Below the pieces are notes generated by a model. The model did not search any database. It was not told the origin of the DNA and was given only the letters and a program-made list of their open reading frames with translations. A stretch of 64,000 nt of DNA from Chlorokybus atmophyticus (taxonomy: Eukaryota > Plantae > Mesostigma and Chlorokybus algae). Every line of letters starts with the position of its first letter. Within the stretch, counting starts at the first letter, position 1. The position numbers and the translations under genes were made by a program. Shown one piece after another: positions 1 to 14,579 of the stretch. The stretch spans positions 286,578-350,577 of the forward strand of contig RHPI01002699.1 in assembly GCA_009103225.1 (NCBI GenBank), in the 5' to 3' direction.

Positions 1-107
1 AACTAGTACTAGACAATCTAGCCTAATGACAGCAGTAAATACCTCCAATAACAATATACCCAAAATTGCAGTTCACAACATGCGGCACTGAAACATACAC
101 AACTCGT

Positions 108-1935
108 CTACGCCCAAAACTTTTGCTTCTTTTTCTTGATGAGGTCACTCACATCCAGAGCCTCAATCTTCGCAGCCAGAATGAAATCATTCTCCGTCAA
201 CCCTCCTGCGTAGTATTGCAGAGCGTAGCATGAGCCCATCAATTGACACAACATGTGCCCGACAATATGCACGAGATTGTTGCCTTAGTGTTCAGAAATC
301 CTTGCCCCATACCTGCTGAGTGCGTGCTGGTTTCTACTACAACATTGTTGTAGCCTTCCAGATGCAAGTCAGGATGATGGCCTGAAGGACAAAGGAAAGG
401 TTTCCAACTGATTAACATGCCGATCCATCAATGTCAATAAAGGACAGCCACAACTAGCAACAATCATTTTCAGCAGCATCCACAGGACATGCACACAAGC
501 ACGCACGCGCACACACATACACATACGGTACAGTTGTAAGTGTAGCTAAGTTGAACCTTCTTTCTCTGCCATTGCTCCCACGCGCGCAAACAACTCGAGC
601 CCCTTCTTGAACGAGCCCACAGTGTAGCGCCTTGTCAACAGGACAGGCGTGCCGGCATCGTCCTGCTTGAGATCCCACAAGTCCACCTGCAGGTGCAGTT
701 AACAACCACACATTGATCAAACCAAGTACTCATATACGGATACATGTGTCTACGCACGTGTACTTGCATGCGTATCTGCCCGTTTGCATGTGTACTCGTG
801 CATGCGGGCGTGCGAGTGCTCCTGTGTGCATGTGCATGTGCCCGTGTCCGGCCGTACGCAATCTTCTGCACGTGTATGCGCACATGTGTGTACATGCAGG
901 TGCTTGTGTACACATATATGCATGTATGCTAGACATAGCAGTGCACACTATGCCTCGTATAAGCCAATATGTGTACACATGTTCAGAATGCACATATATG
1001 TACTTGTACATGTAAATGTCTTCATGCGTATGCACATGAAGACAAGTACGCATAGAGACACACTTACGCAAGAGCATGAAGCATATGTATGCAAATATGA
1101 AACCAATGCCTGCTTACCTGTCTCAGCAGTTTTCTGGCCTGGACAGAGTCCAGCACCGTCGTCGCAAGCTGCTCGCTGCATGTAAGTTCATTCAGTTGCT
1201 GCTGTCCGAGCGTCGCCAGCCGCAATGGAATGAGCTTGCGGTGTTCGGTGTCGGCGTTGCCCAAAGTCCTAACAGAGCATTACCGGATGTGTGCAAGAAC
1301 AGTAGCGGCTTTCTTGCGATTTTGAATGGATGGAACTCGAGCTGATGGTTGTCATGTATCGAGTGAATTGACACTCTTCAAGCAATGCAGTCGCAGCGGC
1401 CATTTAGCAACCAAGCTCATCAGAAGTCATGCTGCATGTACTGTATTGCTGATTCACGTTGTTGTGTTTGGCTGTTATCTACCTCGAACACTGGTAGCAT
1501 TAACAGTTTGATACGCATGCGTACGACATACAAACCTTCACAACTATGACTTCAACTTGTAAAGTACCGTAATGCCATGTTACATGGCAATGCTACTAGT
1601 GCAGTCAAAGCAGCAATCTCATTGACAATCAACTACTGCCAAGTCGATGCATGCACACGACCATGTCTGTGTAATCCTAGTTTCAGCCATGCAATGCATA
1701 CAGTACTGGCTTACTTGGAACCGAAGTTGCTCTCAATCTCCCCTGGATACGGGTCCCTTGCGCCAATGTCCCCCACCTGGTTGCCATCCGAGGCGGTGCA
1801 CCTCACCGGCCGCCACCTGACACACCGCCTGCCCCCAACAGCCGGCAAAGAAGAAAGAGACCACGAGGAGGAGGAGGAGGCTAATGAAAGCCTCGCAGGC
1901 GCCGACAAGGCGGCGGCGGCGACGACGCCAGCCAT
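108..1935 (-). CDS. RAF2: Plastid pterin-4a-carbinolamine dehydratase-like protein / Rubisco assembly factor 2 (RAF2/SDIRIP1-like); 5 exons (approx. 1935-1715, 1268-1118, 686-557, 381-313, 205-108)
   Basis: Ser/Ala/Arg-rich transit peptide, then GDIGARDPYPGEIESNFG..TEH, GHHPDLHLE and GGLTENDFILAAKIE..KFWA*, matching recalled Arabidopsis At5g51110 motifs. GT-AG junctions are phase-compatible. Confidence 0.85.
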
Positions 1936-1976
1936 GACGACTACGAGCAATGCACTGCGATGGAAGCACCCAGTTG

Positions 1977-1985
1977 AAACCCTAA
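1977..1985 (+). promoter_or_regulatory. Telo-box (AAACCCTAA) in the RAF2 / ORP-A divergent promoter
   Basis: Exact AAACCCTAA about 40 bp upstream of the RAF2 ATG. A second TTAGGGTT lies at 2254-2261. Confidence 0.4.
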
Positions 1986-2901
1986 TTGCTCCAAGCCCTA
2001 GATCGCATGGCTCAGGTTGGTAGTATGTAAAGCCGTCGATTCTTCAACGAGGATCGCTCAACTTCGAACCAATTCGGGTTAAGAAGCTCTGGTCTTGGGC
2101 TGGTTCGTACGATCTGGCTTGATGGCGGCTGACGTGCCAATAACGTTACGGGCTGGCACGTGGCACTGCCCGTTATAACGTTTTGACGATGGGCGTTACA
2201 GGTTTCAACGTTCAACCTGCGGCAACGGCAGAGCGGCGGTGTCCTTGGTGGGGTTAGGGTTGGGCGGCGGCGGCGGGGTTTGCGGGCGGGGGGATGGTTG
2301 AGCTGAGCGAGATTTAGAGAGGCGTTGGAGCAGGGGCGATGAGTTCTACCAGATCAGGCAGCTTTGTTTGCTGGAGGAGTGTGCTCTCTGCTGCGCAATC
2401 TGTGCCGCTTTTGCTTGCTTTGGTGCATTAGGGTTTTGGTGAGTCACATGCATGAGCAAGAGCTGATAGGTACTATACTAGATCAAGTTGTTATCTCTTT
2501 CAACGCCAATGAACATGCAGACAAAACGTGGAACAACTGTTAGTCTTGATAGTAGTTTTGCAACAAGCATTGGTTAAAGTGGACCACTGCACACCTGATA
2601 ACTGCCGCACACATGTGTAATGTTCAATGCTGAGCATGTCAAGCATGAAACGCTGCATTGGGTTGGATGCAGTAGTTCTCCAACTATCACTCACAACACA
2701 CACCGACACCGATTTCAACACACACGCACAGTTACATGCGTGCTCTTACACTTGCACGCACAAGTTCACACGCATACGTGCACACCCACACAAACGCAGG
2801 CGCACACTCTCACACACACTTTTCCCCTCACGCAGGCTTGCTGCAGGGCAGGCATTGATTGATGCTTCCTCCTCAACATAGCTCCACATGCAACCCGCAC
2901 A

Positions 2902-5900
2902 ATGAACAACAATAATATCACCACCACCAACAGCAGCGGCAGCAATGGCGTCCCGCCCTCTTCATCATTTAGCAGAAAAAATATGAAGTCCGGTAAGGGC
3001 AAGCATTGCCGGTGTCACACATGGGACGGAGGCATCGTGGAGGCGTTTGCAATGGACAGCAACGGCAACAGCCACAGTGGCAGCGGCAGCGCCACACCGG
3101 ACTCGGCGGGCAAAATAGGGGACAAAGTTGTTGTTCCGTCACCACCAAGCAGCTTTGTCACGAGTACGTACTGTTCTTGTGAAATTACTACAACATGCGC
3201 ACATGCACACATGTAAGCACGCACATGCGCCCTCTAGTGCATGCACACGCACATGCATGCCCATGCACACTCTCACCTACAAGTGCACGCTCGTACTCAA
3301 GAGCTCTTCATCCGCACGCATGCACGCACATAGCAATACCAGTTAATGCGAGAATGGCATGCATTTACTGCCGGTGCCACTTGTAAATGCTTCCGGCTGT
3401 TGTTTGCTATTATCAGTGCCAACAATCTTGTCATATTGGGTCACACATTTTATATCAGTCACACTCTTGCGTGCAGGAAGCGCATTGGCGATGCTGCGGC
3501 CCTTTCACCGCGCCCACTCATCCTTACCATCTTCCGCGGGTCCCTCGTCTCCCAACAGCACCAATCCCACCCGCAAACGAGACAACATCAACATCAACAT
3601 CAAGATCTCCTCCACAGTCAGCAGGCCAGTAGCACGTTCATCCTCAACATCTCTCCCTTCCTCGCCCACTCATGAACACGCCCCTGAGCTCCCTGAACAC
3701 CTCGCGTACAAGCAGGGAGACCTCGAGATGTATAAGTCAATCCTGCGGGGCTGGCAAAAAGTCCAGGCAAGCATGAGATGGACACTAGCACTATCACAAT
3801 TGCCTTTTGTGTGCCTTTTGTGACATAGCACATGTGCAAAGGTATGATGTTGTGTGGTGTTGTATATGGTAAGGTGTGGTGTGGTATGCTTTGATATGGG
3901 AGATATGGGAGAGATGTGGTTTGGGGTATTATGGTGTGGTGTGGTGTGGTGTGGTGTGGTGTGCTGTGTGTGCGCGCGCGTGCGTGTGTGCGCGTCATAG
4001 TGCAGTAAATAGAAGATCATGTTGCTAGGTGTCTTGTGTGTCGGTGAAGTCGATGTGACACATGCATGCATGCATGCACGCGCCCACTCCAACTCCCACT
4101 CCCACTCTTGCTTCCACGCACACATAGCATCTGCTCCTCTCACCAGGTGATGTTGATCCACGGTGTGGTATTCGTTGGCAAGAAGAGCAAAGCCTCGCAC
4201 AGCGGCAAGCGTCACCGCGTGGACCTTCCCTGCGCGGCCGTGAGCGCGGGCGACAGCGGGCGCACGCTCGCCGTAGACGACGGACGGCGGGTGTACCACC
4301 TCCGCGCCCACTCGCGCGCGTGCCGCGATGAGTGGATGGCCGCACTCCTCGCATCGAAGAAGTATTATGAAGACCTCACGCGGCTCGGGTATGCGCAGCC
4401 GGGGAGTGGTAGCGGACAAAACAACAACGCCATGTTGTGCTCCTCATCGTCGATGACATCGTCGATGCAACCGCCGCTGCGCCAGGGCTCGGATCTCAAT
4501 GTAGGTTCAGAAGTCAATGTGTTGTGCACTCTTTCTGCGTTCTGTGTGCGTGTGCGTGTGCGTGCCCAAAATGAAGCCACATGCAGACGGTGTTCTATGA
4601 TGCCCTTGGTGAGCTGGAGGACCCTCTGCCTACCCCTCTGCCCGATGACGACGAACTCGCGCGGTCGACCAGCATTCGGCGGCAGTTGCTCACAACCGAA
4701 CTCCAACAACTTCAGGTTTGTGACGATTGCAACCCACCTGCACGCACACATGCACACGTGTGCACATCAACTAGGACACGCGCACATGCACACAAGCACG
4801 CGCACTTGCGTTGTTGTGAGCGGAATCTGCTGGTGATTGTCACCATTGCCAACAGGAGAGGTTGGCAGCGCTGGAGCCCTCTGTGGCAACACTCGTAGAC
4901 CTGCATACCGGTGTTGATGGCACGAGGGGAAAGGGAGTGAGGACGAACATCAGGGAGATTGTGGCCCTCGCGCTCAACGTAATACACACGGAGGACGCCG
5001 CTGTCGCCGCTCGCATTGCTGCGCGAGATGCTACCATCGCCAAAGCACGAACCACCATCGCAAACTTACAGGTAAAGGGTGTGTGCGTGTGTGCTTGCAC
5101 GTGCGCGTGCGCCTCTGTGTGCGCATTGCGCAGATGCATAGGCTCAACAATGCACGCGTGCGTGTGTGCATGTGCACGCGCATGCGCTTGTGTGTAATTA
5201 ATGCAGTCATAGTGCATGAAAGTGCATGTTCTTGCGTTTGCGTCCATGTGTGTGTTTCTTGTTCTTATGGGTGTTTACAATCTCTCCCGCAGAGAAACCA
5301 AAGTGCTGCGGCGGCTGATTTGGCTGCGGTGGTGACCGCGGCGCAAATATCGCCCACACCGCACGGGATGTCGCGGCAAGCGAGCGTAGATATCCGCGCT
5401 GTGTTGGAGGGCCTCTCTGCTCCTTCCGTTGATGGCGATTGCGCTGTGCCAATATCACCACCCCTGCCGTCGGCGATATTGACAGCCCTCCCGATGACAC
5501 GCACACGCCTACCTGAGCTGCGAGGCGAGCAGCCGCGGCCCAGCATATGGGCCATCATCAAAGACAATATTGGCAAAGATTGGTCCAGGATCACCTTCCC
5601 AGTCTCATACAATGAACCTCTCTCATGTATGCAAAAGGCAGACACAGGAGCACACGCAGACAAACACGCACATATACACACGCTTGCGCACATATACACA
5701 CAGCACGCACGCATGTGCGTGTGCATGCGCACTTGCACACACTTGTGCATGCATGCGCTTGCGCTCACACGCGCCCAAGCACAAGTGCTTATACACACGT
5801 GTGTGGCATCAGCCATAAGACTCTGCTCTTGATCCAACGCTGACATTTTGCTTGCGTGTGCTCTGCAGTGTTGCAGAGGGCTGCGGAGGATGTCGAGTAC

Positions 5901-7999
5901 TGCCACCTCCTTGACGAGGCCGCAAGCCCTGCCTGCACGGACCCGCACGAGCGCATCATGCGCGTGGCCGCCTTTGCCGTCTCTTTCTACTCCAGCAACG
6001 ACAACCGCCTCAACAAACCATGTACGTGCGTGACGAGTACGTTATCACAGTATCTCTCAGGCCTCTTACCAATGATGTTGTGTTTGGCTTGCAGTCAACC
6101 CAATCCTTGGTGAGACATACAGCCTCAAAGCCGGGTCCCTACGCTTTATCGCAGAGCAGGTGAGAGCCTTGATGTTTGCAAGCATGTGTGTATATATGTG
6201 TGCGCACATGCACACACTACATGCACACACATGCGCACACCTGCAAAAATGCACTCAGATAGTCGTGTTTGCCCATTCATCCAATGACCAGGTATTTGGG
6301 TAGCGCGTACATGCATATGTGCACGTGCATAAACAGTAGCACATGCACGCACACAAATGCATGTGCACATTACACAAACGAGAACCACCTCAACATCCTG
6401 TGTGAAGGTGTCGCATCATCCACCGGTGTCAGCAGCCCACGCAAGTGGGAAGGGTTGGACGTACACCAGCACGGTGTGGGTGAAGAACGCCTTCTGGGGC
6501 AAGAGTCTGGAGCTCATCCCCAAAGGCACCTGCCGCGTGCATCTCGAGGCGTGGGGGGAGCACTACACTTGGCAGAAGGTGTGTGTATGTGCATGTGTTA
6601 GTGTCTGTGATGTATCACTGTGGGTGTGTTGTGTATCTGACTAGGTTGAGATACTGCGCAGGTCACGTCGTGTGTGCATAATATAGTTATGGGCACCATG
6701 TGGCTCGAGCATTATGGCGAGATGCTTGTGACCAACCACGAGACGGGCGACAAGTGCATCATGAAGGTATGTGCACGCATGCGCACGCACACATATGTGT
6801 GTGTTTAATAGTGCGTGAAGGTCTCATTGATGGGTGGCAAGGAGTCCACATCTGAGATGTGGTGCGTGTGTCACACGCAGTTGCACAAAGCGGGCTTCTC
6901 TGGCGGCAAGCTCGCCCGCGTAACTGGTACGGTCCTCCCCGGCCGCAACGGTGCGATCGCGCGCAGGATGACCGGTCGCTGGGACGACGTCATTGACGTC
7001 ATTGACATCTGCGACCCGACCACATCGACAGCATCATCAACCACGAGCACTCTCTGGAGGCGAGCCCCACCGCCAGAGTGCCCCCGCGCGCGCAAGAACC
7101 GCATGACGCAGTACTCTGTCGGGCTCAATGCACCCGTTAAACCCGACGATCCAAATACACACCCACCGCCTGCACCAACTGACTGTCGATATCGGCCCGA
7201 CCTCAGGTACGCTTCTCAAGTTTTATGCATGCATCTCATACCAACAGCTCACACTAGTCAACCAACAAGTGCAGTAGTGGTGCTGTCACTGCTGCTGTCT
7301 GAGTGTGTGCGCTGATATACTGCATGATGTTCATGTTCCATGCATGGATTAATCACCGTCATAGCACTTCAGCACATACACAGTAGAACAACTGCGGTAA
7401 GACTCTCACCATCGCAACGCTGCGCTGCGCTGCGCACTCTGTCAGACGGGGTTTCGGTAGCATACTATTTGTTTCTGCTTTGAAGCTGTAGATGTTGGGT
7501 TACCAATGGCAGTCTCGTCAAGCACAACAACAAGATAATCAAGTCTACAGCAGCAGCAAACGATGTGCAGGAGCCAAGTCTGTGACTGACTGCTGATTGC
7601 CACCTTTATTAAACAGCAGATGACTGGCAAATTGTGACTCGAGTCCTGCCACCACGTGCATGTACCCGAGTCACAGTCTGGCCGCATTTGTTGCATACGG
7701 GTACACATACCGAAACCTTTGTGCTCAGGGCGCTGGATGACGGCAATTATGAGAGGGCCACGAGGGAGAAGGCGCGTGTGGAGGACAAGCAGCGCACCGC
7801 GCGCAAGTCCAGAGACAAAGAGAGGGAGAAAGGAGGAGCAGGTGGAGAGTGTAACCACAGCTCATACAAGCCTCATTGGTTCGCGCGTGGCAGCAGCGAG
7901 GCCGGTGGAGATGGCGATTGGGTCTACGCTGGCGGCTATTGGGAGGCCCTTGAGAGTCCTGAGGGGTTCGCTGGCATGGACCTGCCGGACTTGTACTGA
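2902..7999 (+). CDS. Oxysterol-binding protein-related protein (PH + ORD), paralog A; multi-exon, start approximate
   Basis: PH-like exons (GDLEMYKSILRGWQK, YHLRAHSRACRDEWMAAL). ORD motifs [41 protein letters not shown]|VSHHPP, TDCRYRPDL and WFARG..WVYAGGYWE; ends DLY*. Confidence 0.9.
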
Positions 8000-8933
8000 A
8001 AGCTTATGTTGTGTTTACAACCACATAATATCCGTGTTGCCCCTGTACGGCAGCCGGTGGTTATGTTGTATCTTGTGTAATTTGTGCTGTGTAGTGCGTA
8101 GTGCATCATTGGACCTCTGTGTAGAGAGATGTGTGGCACAGCCACACATATGTAACGTAGTGGAATAGTTTAGATTCAGGCTCCAAGGATCACGACTTGT
8201 AGTTACACAACTTGTAACGGACTTGGACGTCTGCCAGGCACCCAATCATTCGTGATAGCACAACACAGGTGATTCACCGCTTATGCTGCTAACCCTTCAT
8301 TTGTGTGAAGGTAAGTCATCAGCATGACAGAAATGTTGGCGCAAACAGTTGCCTTGATGATGATGCAGCTCAAGTGGGCGCACAGAGTGTAGTGAGTATA
8401 GACACGAGGTATGCTAGCCTGGTGGTGGTTTTGCTGTTGCGTGTCCATGTGATCTTATGTGCTGCCTGTTGCATGGTATGTCATCGAGCAGAGTGAGTAT
8501 GCATGTCTAACAGCACCACGCTTATGCTGTACACAGCGTGCATGGCATATCCCTCATTCCATACTTTGTACACATTGTACAGTGCTAGCCTTTGGTTGCC
8601 AAAACCCAAACACATGTACGCAACCTCTCACCAAAGCCAACACAGTACTTGCAAACTAGGGAGACTAGCCTAGTGACTGTTAAATGGTTGGTGCCGTTGT
8701 GATAGGATTGGACACGCAGGCTGTGCTTGCGTTTCTGCGTGCCTAATGAAAGTGAGAGAGGGCAGTTTGACCAACTGTACTGTCTATTGCAGAACATTGC
8801 TGCCTTCCATCACTTCTGCGGTTGAAACTCCCATCTCAATCACTTGCTGCAACCAAAACACTTCCAATTGCAAGGTACTGACATCCACATCGCCAATTGC
8901 ACTCTGATCCCAATGGGTCAGCACTGATGTCAG

Positions 8934-11900
8934 TTAAAACAAGTTTGGGTCCGTCAACCCCTTGAACCCTTCCCTCTTCGCCTCGAAGTACCCGCCTTGA
9001 TAGGTCCATTCACCCGTGCGCTCGTCAATGGCAAACCACCTCGGCGCCACCTGATTGAACGTGCACAGCAATATGTGCAAGCATCAGCCCCACAAGCACA
9101 TGCACTAGCGAGAGGGCACACAGATGGTATACGCGCGCACACACAAATGCATGCTCATGCACATATGTACCCGCACGCCACACACATGCACGGATGCTCA
9201 CACGCTCGCACGCAAACATAAGCAACAACATAAGCAACAGCGCATCCATACTGCAACTTACAGATTGTCCGCTGCGAGCGCGAGCCCGCTGTTTCTCCTC
9301 CAACCTCCTTTTCTCCGTTTCCCCTTTAGCGTAGTCCCCGTTGTCAAGCGCGCGCATGTCGGGCCGGTGCCTCGAGTCCGTCGAAGCAACGGACTCATCC
9401 TCTGCGAAAGACAGGTGAATCTGGTTGGTGGTTACGACACACACACACACACATGCGCACATCGGCATATTCACATGCACACGCGCTTACGCACACGCAC
9501 GGATGCAGACGCACATGCATGCGCGCACGCGCACACAATTTGGACACATGTGTTGTGCACAGCATTATGGTAATCTACCTGTGTTGAGTGAGATGGAGAA
9601 CTGAGTCATGCGGTGTGAGCGCGCGCGCGGACACTCGGGATCAGGAGCCTTCTTCCAGACTGGCAACTCTGCTCCATCCTAAAGGAAGAGCCAACGAGAC
9701 AACAGCAACGCGTGTTGAAGTGATAACAATGCCTTGCAAAGTCGCAACAATGTAACTTTGAGTTAAGGCTATGAAACTTTGCTGAGTTGTACTAGGCGTG
9801 CGTGTGCGTGTGCGTGTGTGTACTGATTACTGAATGCGGTTCACATTGCATGCGACCGGGTACTAGCAAAACCCCTCTCAACACACTTCTCATACGAGCC
9901 ACAAACAAGATATCCATGTCCCACACCTGTGCAATCTCGTGCAGCTCGTCGTTCCACCTTCCCGCAATCTCCCGCGCGACGTGGCCAGCGGCGTCCGTCA
10001 CGCTGCCCGTCACGCGAGCGAACTTGTCGCTGGAGGGGGGGCCTTTGTGCAGGGACACCCGCGCCACGTGACCGTCATCTGGCAGGAACGGACAGGTCAC
10101 TCAGTTGATGTTGGTTGAATGAGCATGCAAGGGACTGGGCAAGTGACGAGCACGCGCGCAAACGCACACGCGTGTGTGCATGCGTGCGCGTGTGTCTGTG
10201 AGCGCCTGCAAGGGCGTGTTGGTGTACACATGCGTGTACATATACCACGCATACGAACACATACCACGCACATGCACACTCACACATGTGTTAGCATGTG
10301 TGCGCGCACGCGCTCGCGTGTGTTGGTGATCGGGTACGCGCACGCATTGCTGTTGACTACGGACTCAGCAGAGCAATCTGCCAACGTAACTAATACATCA
10401 ACGCACCAACATCACACAATGGTAACCACCCAGCCGTGTGTCGAGCAAAACAACACGACAAATACATACATGGACAAGAGTAGAACTCCTCAGGTGGCTT
10501 TGTAATTGACAGTCAGGGCAAGTCCAATAAATAACCCAACAGAAGAGTTGTTATTCTCATAGTCTTGCCTTGATCAGCGCCCTTGATGACGACGTTGCCG
10601 TAATGCTGCAGCCACATGGTGCCCACAACCACGTTGTGTATGCAGCTGATGGCCTTTTCCCACCGATACCGCGCCCAACGCACACCATCATCATCATGGC
10701 CATCAACGCCATTCCCATTTACGTCAGCTCGATATCCGTGCCGACGTAGCGATACACGCACGGCTCCGACAGGCGACACCTTCATGTATGACATATATAT
10801 ATATATATATATACAAGTTCATGTACAGTACACTGAGCGGATAGAAGGATACCCAGTGTGATGACAGTATGCTTGCAAGTTGAATAGCATGAAGTGGCAA
10901 AGTGAATGCAAGCAGGGCAGTGTGGTGTTACTGTGTCTCGACCTCAAGGCTTTGGCCCCAAAAGGCTGTCTTGAAGCCGATTGTCGTGTCCCAAGTCCAG
11001 AAATCGGTCTCGCAGTGCGCCGCTGCTATTGGCGGATGATGACTCACCTAATGTTGATTGGTTATGCTTGTCAGTATGAGTATATTGAAAACACATGCAT
11101 GTCTAAAACTAAAACAGAGGTGATGAACACTGTAAAGTAAAATGTACCTGCTCGGCTATGAAGCGCAGACCTCTTTCGGGCTCTTCAAACTCATAAGTCT
11201 CACCAAGCAGCGGATTGAACCTGAGATTAATACATGAGACTCAATGAGCCAAAAGCTTGGGACTTGACATGTTGCCATCAAAGCATGCAATGCTTATTGG
11301 TGATGTCTTACGGCTTTTCTAGCCTCTGCTCCATGGAAGAGTAAAACGACACCGAGAATGCCGCCAGCAGAAGCAACCGCCTGTCAAATGCACATACAAG
11401 TGTCAGCACACATACACACGTGTGCACGCAACACCTTGTACAATTCAGCTGTGTGAGGACAACATCCTCACCGTGATGGATCGCTCTCATGCGCAGCTTC
11501 ATCCAACAGGTACGCATACTCGAGGTCCTCCATATTGCGTTGCAGAAGCGACAGCGGCTCATGAAAGCTACATACAACACAACAAACATTTCTTACCCAA
11601 AACCCGACATAACACTTCACACACACAAGTCCACACCTAATAGGAAGGGAGATTTTCCACAAGTCCTTGCCGAGGTTGTCCTTAAGTATGCTCCACACCG
11701 TCCCGCGAGGCCGCTTTGCCACATATGGCAGCCTCGCTCGCCTTTGCTTGAACAACTTTGATATCAACACGCCCTTTGCTAGTGTTGTGTCCGTAGCACA
11801 TGTTGAGTCCAACGTGTCTTCTGGAGTTGTGTTCACAGTGTCTGTGGTGCTGTTGTGTGGTGCATCGTGTTGGACTTGTTGGACTTGGACGTCGAGTTGG

Positions 11901-14102
11901 CGCTTGAGAGAGGCAATCTCTTGTTGTGCACGCGCCAATTCGCCCTCGGACAAGGCCAGTCGGTTGGCCAAAGCAGCCCGCTCCGTCTGGCGAGTACACA
12001 CCATCATGAGATTATGAGCACGCGCAGGCGCACACAAGCGCGCGCAAACACACGCCACGCGCGCGCACGTATGCGTGTGCGCTCGTCTGCATGCTCGCAC
12101 ACGCACGCGTACGCACACACACACACACACACACACTATGCACATGTCCCACCATTCCGACAGCGATGGAGTGCGCCGCCAGTGCCACCGCCCCCTCCAA
12201 CGATGCGAAACCCCTCCACGATGACGACGAGGGTGGTGAGGCGGATGACGACGACGACGATGTGGAGGCTGACGAGAGAGTGCGCTGGAGACGCAGCAGC
12301 TCGGACAACGCGTGCGCGTGACGCTGCTGCTGTTGGTGGTAGTGTTGCTGTTGTTGTGATGTGGTGCTGGTGCTGGTGAATGCGTCGGAAATCTCCTCCT
12401 GCCATAAAACAACAGCCACTGCCAGTTGAGTCTGTGTTTCACAGGACTATACTTTGAGTACATACTGCCATGACTTAGTGCGCTGCACACCTGAACTGTA
12501 CATGTTCACACAGACTCATCGACCCGTAAACCAAGACGAAACTCAACTCTCTACTCACCGTGTCGGACGACGCCACACTAAGCACCTCCTCCGCATCATA
12601 AAACTGTCCCTCCTCCGTTCCATTCGACAGCGACGCCACCAGACCCTTCCCACTAACATTGTTGATGTCAATGTTGTTGATGTCAATACTGTTGTTGGCG
12701 ACGTCCGGGGAGAGGAGTGCACGAAAGTACGCCTTGTGGGCGCGGAGGGAGGAGACCCAGGCGTCGCGGAGGGGGCGGGTGGAAGCGCGGAGGTGGATTA
12801 CATGCCTGCGGCGGGGGGAGAGTTGGTGTGTGGTGTTTTGTTGGAAAGGTGACTGTGTCAATCATGCAGCACACGCGCGCGCGCACAGACAGGCAGACAC
12901 AAATATGCACACGTGCGATTGCGCGCGCGCACACAATATGTGACAGTATGTGGCGCCGCAGAAGAAGCTTGTGCTGCTCAGATTGTCGCACAGAATAGTG
13001 CTGGGCTTGGAACCTATGTTGCGGTATGCTGCAGCCATCCGCAAATAATGGGTATGTGTCGCACATACCAGTATGTGCAGTAAACAAAACTGAGACATGC
13101 AACCATTGCTTACATACGCATGCAAGCACGCAAAGTCATGCATACGCGCATGCAAACACACACGCACTCACATACCCACGCATGCACGCACCAACGTGCA
13201 AGCAAACTCATGCACACACTCGTGGACACGCACACGCACACATACACACCTTTACATGTGCGCGCACGCGCATGCACAAGCACACAAACCAACTTGTAGG
13301 CCTGTGGACATGCATAGTCAAGAGACATACGCACCCACCTATCGCGTACCTTCCGTCATCGAGGCAGAACCTCCTCGCCCGTTCCTCCCCCTCGTCACCG
13401 CACCCGAGCGCAGCGACCTCGCATGTCTGCACGTCCACGCGATCCGCCCTCCTAGATGACGAGGAGGAGGAGGAGGTGGTGATGTAGAGGACGCCGTTGA
13501 GGAGGACGGCGCGGCGGGGACGCCAGGAGACGCGGGGCCACGTGCCGCAGCGCTGCATGTGTGTGAGGTGTGAGAGTGTGAGTTGGTTGTGTGCTTGTTG
13601 GTGTGAACACAACACAGCTGGTATATTCAACGGTTGGGCTTTAGCAGTAGTAACTTGATAGCCACCGAGCCATACATACACAAAACAAGCTGCTACTAGC
13701 TGTGACTAAGTAGCAGTAGTGGTTGCGTGAACTATACATGTGATTGTCAGCGGCAAGCATGCAAGTATGTACAAGAGAAGCCGATGACTTAGTATAAGAC
13801 GTGTAAGACAGTTGCCATTTGCTACAATATGTGAAAACGCTGCATTCATCACGTGCTAGCAATGATAAACAGTGATAGTCACTTTGCAGCGTCCTGTCAT
13901 ACATGCTGATGTGCAACATACAGCTTTGATGGTGTGCTACCACACTTGCTACAACATCATCACCAACATTACCAAGCAAGTAAGCATAGGAGTACGAGCA
14001 TGGCACACAAGTCCTAGCAGTTGGCACTCTTGTGTGCTATCTGAAAGCTCTCACCTGCTCCAGCTGGCCTTCCTTTTCCACCGGCCGAGCCATCATCAAC
14101 AT
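8934..14102 (-). CDS. Oxysterol-binding protein-related protein (PH + coiled coil + ORD), paralog B; multi-exon, start approximate
   Basis: PH exons ([17 protein letters not shown]). ORD motifs [44 protein letters not shown]|VSHHPP and [12 protein letters not shown]; last exon [37 protein letters not shown] (TAA 8936-8934). Confidence 0.9.
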
Positions 14103-14579
14103 CGTCGTCAACGACGACAGCAATGACAAGAAAAACGAGCACAACAACGACAGCTACGACACACCTCAGCTGTCAAGCAGCGCTCTGTACCAGACCAGAG
14201 CGGCGGAGCTAACAATAGACTGCACTGCCTAATCTATACCGTACAGCTGGTTCCACCGCTCAAAGACCAGCTGTCATTGGTCTCTCGCATCGCCTACTCG
14301 TACTGATTCAAGTCAACCTCGTGACCATGTTCCGCCTCCTCCTCCTTGTCGTCGTCCTCCGCCGCCACCGCCGGCGCAGCATAGGCCGCTGAGCTTGCCC
14401 GTTAGGTGACCCGGTGTTGAGTGCCTGGGACTTAGTTCACTCCAAGGTACACACAATTGAACTACTAAAGCATGACTGGTGATTCAAGTTTGACGCTTCA
14501 CTCATGGGTAGAATAAATTAGCTCGTAACTTGCGAGAGGTGTACTCTGGCGTCAAGTGCTACGTGTCAGCGCCACAGCG

